From Macrostomum lignano (lineage: Eukaryota): a stretch of DNA of 64,000 nt. Positions 23,301 to 35,300 of this stretch are shown here, one piece after another. A model generated the notes under the pieces. The model saw nothing but the letters and a program-made list of their open reading frames with translations. It was not told the origin of the DNA and did not search any database. The stretch's first letter is position 1, and the number at the start of each line of letters is the position of its first letter. The position numbers and the translations under genes are program-made. The stretch covers positions 1-64,000 of the forward strand of contig NIVC01003873.1 in the NCBI GenBank assembly GCA_002269645.1, given 5' to 3'.

Positions 23301-26300
23301 GCTTGGGCGTGATTGTACCCAATGTATGAATTGTATCACGAATGATTTATGTGATAACTCGAATATGAAATTGAATGCTACAGTGCTTCTCAGTCCCAAA
23401 TATGAATGGTATGACTGCTCTGGTTCTCACTTCTCAGTCCCTGATTGAACCAACTTTGACTCTTGCCTTCGTTGATCGTTATCGCTCCCTTCTTTCTTTT
23501 CACAATGAAGTAAGAAACACAGCGAACACTCCCAGTGCACAGTCACTGCGAACCCTGGACATTGACAAGGCTTATATTCGTTATTTTGGGAGCCAGACTC
23601 CACACTGTAACGTTTCTGGCCTGGCCCACAAAGGCAATAAATCACTTCTAAATAAAGAAGTTTGTGGAAACATATCTACATATTTACGCATGGATCGAAT
23701 GGATTCAATAGTCAAATAGGTACGCCATGTCTGTTGTGTAGTAGAATTGAGGCAGCGATTCAACAAAGCGAAACAAACTCACTTACTCAATCACTCTTGT
23801 TCACTCATTCTATTTCTTTTCCCCATATAGACAGCTATTTTGAAAGCAACATCGATACATCACATCAATGAGACTTTTTTAGTACAGCAAATCTGCATAC
23901 ATTTGTGTATAAAAATATAATTCTCATTTTCGTTAGCGCTTTGTTTGTGCTACAGGCCATATGGTCCTAAAGCTTCTGGGAGTTCTTTGCCTCATAAACT
24001 GAAGAGTTGTGGGTCTTTGTTCCAAATATGATATATGGAGAGCGGGAGACTGATTCAAGGAGATCTAAATATATAAGTTTTTTCTAGTTCAAGATTTCTT
24101 TGACTGATTATATCGTGACCTGAGCGGCGGACCCGCATTTTTTGGTTTATAGCTGCCGCGGGCGTCAGCCAGGCAAGCTCTGGCAATGCACGGTCTCTTG
24201 AAATATCCTAGTCAATCTGGACTTGCAACCAAATTCTGAGTGGGCTTTTTCCTCAAGCTGGGGCCTGGCAAACTGTGGGAAGGGATGCGGGTTGAGGAAA
24301 AGGCAATGCACCGACTAGCTATGCTGCATTTGCATATGCTATACGAAACTATAGCTTTTTCTTTTCGTAATTTTTTCTTTTGAAACGTGGAGCAAACAAC
24401 CCAGCAAGTTTAAACCTGGAGTATTTGTGAATAGAAGATGCATGGAGCATGGTCAATTCAAATGCAGTAGTAGCTAGCTACCTTAATAGCCAGACACAAA
24501 TAACATACAGAAAATAACCTACGTAGAAATGCTTACAGGATTGATAGATAAAAACATGTCAGTTAGAGTTTATTGAGACAGCGGCTTCGGTCAGGTCGCT
24601 AGACTTGCTGGACGGGATCGCAGCGCTCGCAGCTTTAGCAATCCTGAACACTGCCGATAGAAGAAGCGACCTGTAGATGGATAAGGAGCAAAAGTCTATA
24701 GGCTATAAGTCTAAAACTATAGCCTAATATATCGAGAATGACAAATGATTTGTAATTTTTTGTGCTTTTTGTACAATTTGAAGATGCGATGATGCCAAAA
24801 GAAATGGAGTATACATAAACCCAGTTCTGTGAACGGGATAATTTTTTTAATGTACAGTAATATGTATGTCTGTGAGAAATAGCAAAGATCCTGACTAGCT
24901 GAGTTGACAAATAACAGTTACAGGCCTGTAACTGTCAGGGGACACTTGTCTTATCTGCTTAGAATTTCCATAGAATAGTGGATTTTAAGTTGCTACCTTG
25001 CCCCACCGCAGATGCTAGTCAAGTCAAAGTTATGCTGTATGTATTTCAAGAGTAAACAAAGAAACCTGTTTCTTATCGCACACCAGACACATCGCCCTTC
25101 AGCTTATCTCCGTCTGTTGTGGTCCCTGGTACGCTCGTCTGGGTTGCAAGCGAATTTGGGAAGCAAAAAATCGGCGGCCGTTTTGTCAACATAGGTGGGT
25201 GGATTCTGCCTAGGGCTCAAGTTCCCACACTATTTGCTCCTTATCTCTCCTAAATGTCTCCTAAATATTTTGAATATGAAGTAATATAACGCAACCGACA
25301 GTCGGGCTGTCAAAACCCAAATCCAAGTTTAGAGTTGTGAAGAGTAGATGAGAAAATTTATGACAATGTTGCTCCTTATCTCTCCTAAATGTCTCTCCTT
25401 GAATTTACAGGACTGTATCGGAATGTCAAGGACGTTGAAGGCTGTGGAAATTTAGGGTCAGGATGTTCTAAAATCAATCATGCGACTTTTAGAAACAATA
25501 ATTAATAGCAAGAAAACGTTGTTTCGATGAACGCAGTCAAGCTCTGCTACGAGCTCTGAATATAATGCTAGCGTAATAATAGGGAAAATTTTGTTGGACT
25601 CACCCTAATTACAATCACCTCCAGCCAGTGGAACAACGTAAAAGAGACCGGTCTCATCAGCTTCTGGCCTGCTGGCACTGCTGGTCGAGTCTGCAACAGA
25701 CTTAGGAAGAAGCCAGCATTTCCATTCTGGCTTGCCGATCAGGACTTCTTCAGTCAACCCATAGAATCCAATCCCCAAACGCATTGAGCTGTACGGTTGA
25801 GAATAAATTTCGCCCTCCGGCTTCAAAACTCGACCAGTTGCGACTCTCTCTTCGGTGATGTGTTCAATTAAGACGCAGATGTTTCTTATGAAGCATGCAT
25901 TATCTCCCATCTTGGAGCTGTACTTTAACGGCTTGACTGGGTCATCATGCATCAAATTCCGGACACATACTATCTCGTTCACTGAATGTGCAGCCAGATG
26001 CCTAGTTACCTTGATGCGACGTTTGATGGCGCCAAGGTAGTTTTCAAAGGGAAATGTCGTAAAGCTATTAATGTTCCCATACAGTCGGACAAACTGATCG
26101 AAGTGCAGTAAGGCATGGATATTGTAGCTGATGGCCTCCTGGCCAAAGTAAATAGCCGTTTGCTCGACAAAAACTTCAACGGAGCTTTTAGCCTGATCCC
26201 AGTACTTAGTGTGTCTGTCGCTTGAGTAGACGTACATGGCGAAGTGCAGCAAGAGGAAATGGTTGTACAGTAATTCCGGCAAAAATCCCTTGAACAAGAC

Positions 26301-29300
26301 GGGGCCCAAATAAAGAAGAAACTGCCGGTACTCGCTGGCCTTAAAAAACTTCAGATCAGAAAGTCGACGAGGTCTTCTTTGAAAATTTGAGGGTGTGTAC
26401 TTCGTCAGTGCAGCAATTCGGTCGGACAAATGCGAGATTTGATCCTTCTTGACTTTACGGCCACCTTCTGGATCAAAGTAGAAGTAGAAAAATTTTCGTA
26501 CAGCACCGAGGCACACCGCGTGTTGAAATTCCACAGGGAAAGAATTTACGAAGTCTACATTAGGCAGTTGCAACAAAGGCGACATAATTATATTTCCAGT
26601 CTTCCGCTGCTGGTTCGATTCCTGACCTGCGCGATACATCTCTCCGCATCGGCTCTCGCCCACCACCGTTGAGAAAGTCATTCTCTTCTTAAAATGAATG
26701 CCAACAGCTCTGCAATAACCGCATCCAGCATATGCGGTGTGTCCCAGAATGCCACAGATGTACGCTCTGGCCGGCGCATCGCAAACAAATCGAATTGCTG
26801 AAATCGTAATTTGCACGGATTTACTAATTCTTACTGGTGCAGAAAGAAACTTTTTTGCTTCATTACAGAATTCCCGCAGGTAAGCTTGAAGAGGCGGTTT
26901 GCCCTTGCCGGCATAAATTCCAACAGGAAATGGTCTTGGAAAAGCGTCAGGGATCATCATCAGAATCGGCCATAGACCAAATTGAGAAGACTTAAAAAGT
27001 GGGAGTCCATCCGAATTAAAAAGTGCACAGAAACTGTACATGTAGACCCTTGACTCGTTCGTGGAATGTAAATCATCTGGTCTCGTCAGATTTAGCAGAC
27101 CTTTTTTTAGTAGCATTTGCAGATTCTCACCAATACCGAAGTACCGAAACTGACCCTCTCCCATCGGCTCAAGCGAGGTGTCAGTCTTCTCACCCTTCAG
27201 AATTTTATCAATCATGTACTTCGACCGCGGTGCCTGTACTCCAAGCTTGCGTAGGCCTCCAAGCAGTAGTTTAACTCCGTCACGTGGCACCTTGTACAAA
27301 ATGAAGAAGAGAATGAGAAGTGCTTCTAGCTTCTCTTCAAAGCTTCGCTTGTCTTCATCATCAGCATCTTCTTCTTCGCTCTCACTCTCTGGTGGCGATC
27401 GCAACTCGTCAAAGCAAGCTTTCCTGGTGACGCTGGCGTCAAAAGCAATGGGTTCGATTTCTTCTTCCGTCTTCGCCTTCTTCAATACCATATTCTCATC
27501 AGTTGCCTCTTTTGGTTGCTCATCAAGAAGATCCAGGACAAACTTATTCGCCTTGCGCCTGATAGTCCACGACATTTTTTGTATTCGGATTTGAGTAAAA
27601 CTGTCAGATTTTGACTCAACTTTGGGTTTTGTATTGCATTTACAGTATTTTGAATTTCCTGCCTGCTAAAGCGATATTGAGTGATTTCTGCTTCGGGGAA
27701 CAGGAATGCGGAGCGGAACGTGGGGGAGGTTGGGGAGAGGCAGCGGGGGTTGGGGGTCGAGGTTGCGATTTGTGGCTGGGAATTCAATAGCCAATAGGGG
27801 ACGGAGTTTCGAAGCCCGCGTCAAACAAATGAGTTTTAAAACTTGAATATGAATGAAACTTCCGCAAAGTTCCGCTTCAATTAAAAGCTCCCCTTGCTCA
27901 TTCATTCTTTTTTTCGGCTCATTTCCACGATATAACAATGAAATTCATTGTTGTTTTTAAAAACGACCGTCAGGTTGTAGAGATCCCAATGGAAGGCGTA
28001 ATACTCCCAAGGGAATTACAAGACCTATCTAGGTCGGAATGGCTTGAGAAGAGACACGCAACGGAGCGATGGATCTGTCAGGCTCGGTACGAGCAAGAGG
28101 AGTACCTGGCATACGTCATGCAGGTGAGTAGTACTGAATTCGTTTGGATTTAAACTAGACTATAATTGAGACCGAGGTAGACAATATCTACGGGCCAATG
28201 ACAATACCAACAATAGTGCATGATATCCATCCATTATATCCTAACATTTAAGGTATATCTGGAAAATGAAGACGGTGAAACAGCCTGCACGGAAGCCAGC
28301 ATCCTCTACGTGCGAAAGCTGATCCGGAAGGGGTTCAAGATGCCGCAGATCCTTGAAGTACTGCAACCGCGTGTCTTCATGCCTTCGGATTCGAAGAAAA
28401 GGAGGCGAGAATATCAAGCTAATGTAAGTTGCCGGTTGCAGTGTTCACTAGAATGAGTAAATTCAATAAATCAAATTAATAAATGAAAATTTTAAATTGA
28501 ACCTCCTTGTCAAAATCCCAAATTCTGCAGATTTACACAACAGAGTCGGAGCCCGACACCGACACTTTCCTGAATGGACGTCCTAGAGTTCTCGATCTCG
28601 GCGGCGAATCTCGCCTCTCTCTACCGGCGCAGATGCTTCTACAGCGCCAGCAACCGGCATCAACCCGTGCGCAACTGGTGGCAATGCCAGAGTCAGATGA
28701 GGATATTGGTGAGTTAAAATTTACTCACTCGACATTCATTCACACATTCACTCCGATGTCAATGATCTATTCACACACCAGTCACTTATTTACTCGCCCC
28801 ACTCATCAACAGAGCCAGAGTCGGGGACAGCAGCCCCAGCGCCACTGCCGGAGTCAGAGACAGCAGCGCCAGTGCCTAAGGCGCCAGAGTCGGGGGCATC
28901 AGCACCTCCTTCAGCAGTGCAAGAGCCAGGAATTCAGACTACTGCAGACGAGTCGGTGTCTGAGCCAACGACTATTCCGAAGGAATCAATTGGGGCGGCA
29001 GGTGCAGCGGCAGCAGCGCCAGCCTCAGAAGGTGACCCACAATTCCTAAACTTCGGTCCAGGCCACATCAATAAGCTGCGAGAAAGAGTTCAGGCCTGCA
29101 TTAACCACAGCCTGACAAGTCCGGAGGGCCTCACGTTTCTCATGCTGACCGTCTTGCGGGCGTCTGGCGTCCTGGAAGCAAGACTGGCGACTCAGGCGGG
29201 TGAAATAGCTGGTCTGCGCAGTGAAGTTGCGGGTCTTCGCAGTGAAGTTGGTCGGCTCTCTGCTGCTTCTTTGGATGTTGAACCGACCGGCCCTCAACCA

Positions 29301-32300
29301 AGCGAAGTCTGGCCAATTTCTACTTTGTCAAAGTACGCGAACTTCGTTTCGTCGCCCGGGGAGACGCTGATTGAGTTGGTAAGTTCAACATTTTTTTGGC
29401 TTACTCATTCCTTAACTATTTATTCATACATGTGCATAAAATTCACTCACTTATAATTCCCACATTCACCTAACCTTATCCCTTTCTCACTGGCAGAGGT
29501 CGGCGCTGCTTTGCTGCAAGAGTGCGAATTGGAAGATGACCCTCCGTGAAATGCTGAATTATGCACTGACGGCCGAAATGCAGAAGGTGGTCAACTTCAA
29601 CGGTCGCGACATGGCCAACAGAGCCCGCACTGCTGGAGTTAACATATCCTTATCGGATGACCTGCTCGGCTTTGAAAAGGTGTTTCTGCGTTGGTTTCAA
29701 GGTAAGATGGCCTTTTAAAACAAAAAAGAGAGCAGTGTTTGAAGCGTTTGTCTGTTGCCCCGAAAATACTACTAAAAGTAGTCAGTAAAGAATTGATGTA
29801 TAACTTGTTACAGAAAAATTGTTAACATTATGTTTGGATCACGTAATGTCAATGAAAAAATCTACAAAATGAACTTATTCCAGACGCCATGAATACGATC
29901 TACGGAGACTATTCCACCCGACCAACGGAGAGACCACTTGGTGTTCCTACGAAGGACGAAGTGCGGAAAACATGTATGAACATGTTAAAGCACGCCGCTG
30001 ACCGTGTGACGCCTCGCTCTCATCGGCGTCAGGAAGAGCGTCCGACATCTGGAACACCAGACGAGCAACAGCTGGCAAGTGTTAACAACAGCCAGCAGCA
30101 ACAACAAACCTCCGGACCGCAGCAGCAGCAGCAGCCACAAACCCCGGGACAGCAGCAGCCACGAACCCCGGGACAGCAGCAGCCACGAACCCCGGGACAG
30201 CAGCAGCCACGAACCCCGGGACACCAGCAGCAGCAGCCACGAGCAACTGCTGTCGAGCCTCAAGCAAAGAAAAGGCGCGTCTACATCAGCTCTGGTAGTT
30301 CAAGTTATGAAATACCAGAAGCTTGTGATGACAGCTCCAGTGGCTTTGATTGATCTCTGCACATCGGATCACTGCAATCATTGCACATTGCTTTGCTAAT
30401 ACGAGTACACGTAGTTCATTGTCGCTCAATGTAGAGCGCAGCGAGTCCATTGCTTAAATCATTTGAATTATCGCATTGTATAAACTGTATTTTATGTTAT
30501 CGTCAAGTAAACAATATTTATTACTCGCTGAAAAGCTGCATGTTAAAACTCTGTGTTCTAAACAAGTTAAATATTGCCTATATTGACTCTAACTAAAGAC
30601 TAAAATAAAAATGGCAACAAAAGCTCACTGTATGCACCAAAAGAAACAAGTCTAGAAGTACGCCTGTATTGCTTGTAAAGCTAGCTAAAATTCTGGAGAG
30701 GTCATCAAGAGCAGGAATTTTGAGGAGCTCAATAAATGATAGGCCCACGTGTCGCACATTCACAGTATACTACTGTAAGTAGACTGGAGGGATTTTTTGT
30801 CCAACTATATTCTGACCGACGTCAGGCGGACGTCGCGCGACGACGGGGCGGCCAAACAATTGGTCCGCCCCAGGACCGTCGTGCGTCCGCGAGAAGCACG
30901 TTGCCCGACTCATGGGGTGCACTCCAATTTCCCACTGGGAGAAATTTGTGGTGAGACTAACAGAATCAGCATCCACTTTGATTGATCATTAATTAATTAA
31001 TTTAATTAACTTTGTTTTACAACAATAAGCGTTTATATACATTTCAATGACATCTAATTAGACTTAATCTCCGTTTTTGTTCAAAACATTGCTTGTTCCA
31101 TCGTTTGCTGCTTGTTCATTTTTAACTCAAAATACAGGTCTATGTCAAAAGTTGCGTCATTTATCTGGCCCAGCCAGATAAATGAATGGCTCTTTTCTAT
31201 TGGTTTAGCCATTTATTTGGCCAGGCCAGATAAATGAATGGCTCTTTTCTATTGGTTTAGCCATTTATTTGGCCGGGCAAGATAAATGATCTTGCTTTCC
31301 TATTGGCGGAGCCATTTATTTGGCCCGGCCCAAGTGGGGGATTAATTTTCAAGAGCCTTTAAGTCCAACAGATGAAAAATCTACCATTGAACCATTTCAT
31401 TCAAATTTCTTTAAATATAAATTGGGATACAACAAAAGTCAAAGCTTATTATGTACAGCTTTCTAAAAAAGTATTCAAGACCATTTGAAAGCTACTTTGG
31501 ACTTTTGAATTAAAATCAAAAGAACCATTCAAGTGTCTACTCAGCAGCTTATTTTCAAAGTGTCAAGATTTGCTACTTAACAGCAGAATATAATTCCCCC
31601 CTTAAGTGTTTTTCCTAGATATAGTAGTAAGACAAGTTCAGACAAAAGAGCTTAGTGATCTAAAAACTAAGAAGCAAGAAGTTCAATCAGTTGATGGATC
31701 ATTTAACAATATTAACAATTTGGAAGAGCAACAGTGGAACAAAGATTACCATTGTTAGCTTGTAACGTCAGGCTTGTAGCCATAGAAGGCCTTAGCAGTC
31801 GAGTAATAATATACCTAATAAGGATGATTCTGTGACACAATGCATAATAAAATTTAGAAATTACATGTATGCTAGACATATTTTTAGAATCTTCCAGAAA
31901 ATTTTTGGTGCAATTGTGGTAGGCCGGTCTACCACTTGGAGGATGACAGTGGTCGTTGATGCAAACAAGGCAACTCTCCACCTGATGAATGATTGACGTC
32001 ATTAATTTTCATCTGTTGATCCCTTGTCTGTTCCCCCGGCTGTCCCATCTGTAGTTCCCTGTTTGCTCCATTTGCTGCCCCATACCTTGTCCATTTTGTT
32101 TTACTGTGTCCCACGGCCAGCTTTTTCCCTTTTCCTTTGGGTGCCCCTTTCACTGTTCCTTTTGGTGCCCCACCCTCTGGGATTAGTCATGCCCAATACT
32201 ATTTTTATGTCTGTGTAACCAATTTTGCTCTCATTCTGCTCCTTGGTCGTGTTGCGTTCCATTTTAGTTTGTTTTCTTGTGTTCTAGTAAGCTTGTGCTC

Positions 32301-35300
32301 TATCTTGTGCATAACTACTTTGTTTGTTTATTCTTCAATTTAAGCACCGCTAGCGTCTGATTTTATTTTAGTCACCCTATTGTTTGCTCTCAGCATTTCC
32401 GAATTGTTCTCCATCAAGTCCGCCACAAAGTAATAATTTAGTAACTCTTGCAGTATACCATTATCCAGTTTATCAACATAATAAAATTTAACCAATTTAA
32501 TAATTATTTCTTCATTCATTCTTATTCAAAGCCCTTAGTTTTCTATTGAGTTATTTGCCCACAAGGCGTAAAACAATCAATTAGTCTTATCTTAAAGAAA
32601 GCACTGAGACCCTTAATATTCCATAATACAAAATTATAGTGGTGGCAGTGCTACTCTACTACTGATAGTAACAAACTGAGCATATCAATAGAGTATGAAT
32701 TTTACAGTGTCTAAGGACCCAATTGAATGACTGTGCTATTAAAAGACTGCTCGACTGCGAATTACAACTACCCTCCCCCCAGAATTGAGGACCCCATCAG
32801 ACAGAGTATCAAACGAGAAGCAATAAGAATCAGTTCTTGAAATTTTCTAGCTTTACAAGTGCCGAGACAACACAGGTGACAATTCAAACATTAGAAACCC
32901 GCCCACCTTTACAAATTCTTTTCTTCTCTGCCCCCATCTCACAATCTTAAAACTTATTCTAGAAATTTCCTTAATTCAATTAAATGTTAATTTTACTTCT
33001 AAATCCTAAATATAGAGTTTATATTTTTCAATTTTATTACTGCCTTTGCATGGTAGCTTTATATATAAGCATTTAACACATTCAACTTTATTTTAACAAA
33101 TGAAGTTTCCAGAATTTTCTGGTAATATGCCATATAGTAATATAAATAAATATGGACCAAATATACAATCCCTAGTTAAGTTTCTATCTACTAGATCTGA
33201 TATCCTAAACCAAAAAACTTTCTCCTAACTTTTAATTTTGTCAAACCTTACCATTCCTTTATATTCTTACCAGTATCATCTATTCAAGAAGCAAATAAGA
33301 TTCTACTAAACGCTAATGACCTTGATTATAAAGCAAAGTTGTGCATCATTTCTCACTCCTTGGAGGAAAAGAGCTATGCCCAGCATTTGTAAGGATTATA
33401 TATACACTAATGACAAATGGCATATAAGTCCACTATAACAGCACAGGTTCAGATAGAAATGAAGTATTCAAACCATTTTTTTATAGTTAAAACAGCAATT
33501 GAGATGCAGTTCAAGAATCAAGAGTGCCAATGTCAATGATGATATAATTTATTTAGCCATTGTCACAGCTCTAAAAAATGCTCCAGACAAAGGTGATGAT
33601 CACAAGCAAAAAATACAATGTGAACCATCAACTAGTAAGCAAGAAGCAAGTTCAAGGCAGTGAAAAAGTGTCATGACAATAAATGGTAAAAGGTCAATAA
33701 AGCTTAAAATGAGCAAGGTCAGCCCAACCTTGGCTGAAACCTACCTATATTATAATATACTCATAATTCAGAAATAAACTTTCTTTCATTCACTAAGTTT
33801 GATAGCTATATTAATAGTTCAATGTGGATACTTCAAATAATAACCTATAGTATGCTAAAGTTTACAATGTATATAATGAGGAGAACATATAATATGCTTA
33901 AAAAACAATGACAATAGCTTGCTATGTCATAGATAGATGCACTATACAATCATAAAGCAACCCCACAATTCAATAATTCTATTAAATTGTAATAAGAGAA
34001 AGTTTAAAATTTCCTATGTAATTAATGCCTATATTATCTGGTAAATTTTATAGTTTTTACCATATATAATGTTTAATTGCCTTTTTAATACAAACTCAAC
34101 TATATTACAATTATTAAAAACATTATATGCTAATATAACTACTAATACCACAACTATATATTGGTTTTAGTTGTAGAAAAATGAAGAAGCAGCTATTTTT
34201 AGCTCATTCTGACCTACTAAAGGAGGTCAATAGTGCCAACAAAGTTTTTGCTGATGGAACATTTCATGTTTTTCTAACTTTTTATTAGATGTTAACAGTG
34301 GGAGTTTCAAAGAAGGGATGTTCCTTCCCTGCTTTCTTGCACTCTTGATTGGCAAGAATAAAGCAGTCTACAAGCTGGTATAGCAAAGCTAAAAAAATAT
34401 GTTTAAAATTCTAACCTGCTAATCTAATGAATGATTTTGAGTTAGCTCTATATGACTCATTCATTGAGGCCTTCCCTTACTCTAAAGCTCATGGCTATTG
34501 GTTTCATTTCATGTAGGCTATCCTTTTCAAGTTTAAAAAAATGGGCCTACAAGGTCATTTCTGCTGCAACATTGAGGTTTAAAGCTACATCTGGCTTATT
34601 CTATGCCTCTCTATAATGCTACATGAGCTTTCTATGGCAAGGAGCAAAGATTGGACAAACAGCAAGGAGTCATATCATAATTGTTGGAAAAATATGATTG
34701 ATGTACCTTACCCAAAACATGTGAGAATTTATTGGTGCATATGTAAGGGCTGTATTGTTTCTTTTCATTTGCAATTATAATTCTACTTTATCTACTTTAT
34801 CAGACTTTCTCAGAATAATCTTTCATTATAGTCACCTTTTATGCATCAACAACTCAAAGTATATATGATGTTTATGCTATAGATCTATGTAGGTTAAACT
34901 AGGGCCTGCAAATCTAGTGAATGCAAGATGAAAAAATCCTTAAATGTGCTCAAATCATGGAGCTTTATCAATGCCTTAATAATAGCAGTTTGTCATTTGA
35001 GATTTCACAAAGCATTGCTCTTTTGCCACCAACTTTTTTCTAAATAAGGCATGCATTGCTGTTCCACTACTTGCTATTGCTTAGCATGGACTGACTATTG
35101 CCACTGGCGCCAAGAGAAAGCAGCAATAACTAACTATCACTTAGCATGAATAGACTATCATTGCTAGTGTTAAGAGCAATCCGAAACACCTGGCTGCTGC
35201 TCATTGCCAATGCCTAGTGTTTTTCAACAATATGTTGTTGCTAAATGCTAAATGCATTTGGTTAAAGCTTTTTTCCTGGATTTGCTCCTCTTTTGCTATA

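Larger units (their letters stand above)
25605..30940. mobile_element. Two-gene EnSpm/CACTA-like transposon (left terminus not identified)
   Basis: Divergent transposase and DUF4806-like gene. The CpG-rich segment 30780-30938 with GACGTC palindromes ending ...CCCACTGGG is a candidate right end. Confidence 0.65.

Noticed and set aside
23427-23645. Minus-strand Cys cluster (PCQCP...WECSLCFLLHC) like a piggyBac cysteine-rich domain
   Set aside because: Isolated, with irregular spacing and no adjacent transposase sequence.
28507-30399. ORFs 28507-29049, 28872-29456, 29536-29718 and 29889-30353 as separate genes
   Set aside because: Better explained as exons (or off-frame overlaps) of one spliced DUF4806-like gene.
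33100-33230. 'KYGPNIQSLVKFLS' reminiscent of IS66 transposases
   Set aside because: Short match in decayed AT-rich DNA with no other IS66 motifs; would need an HMM hit.
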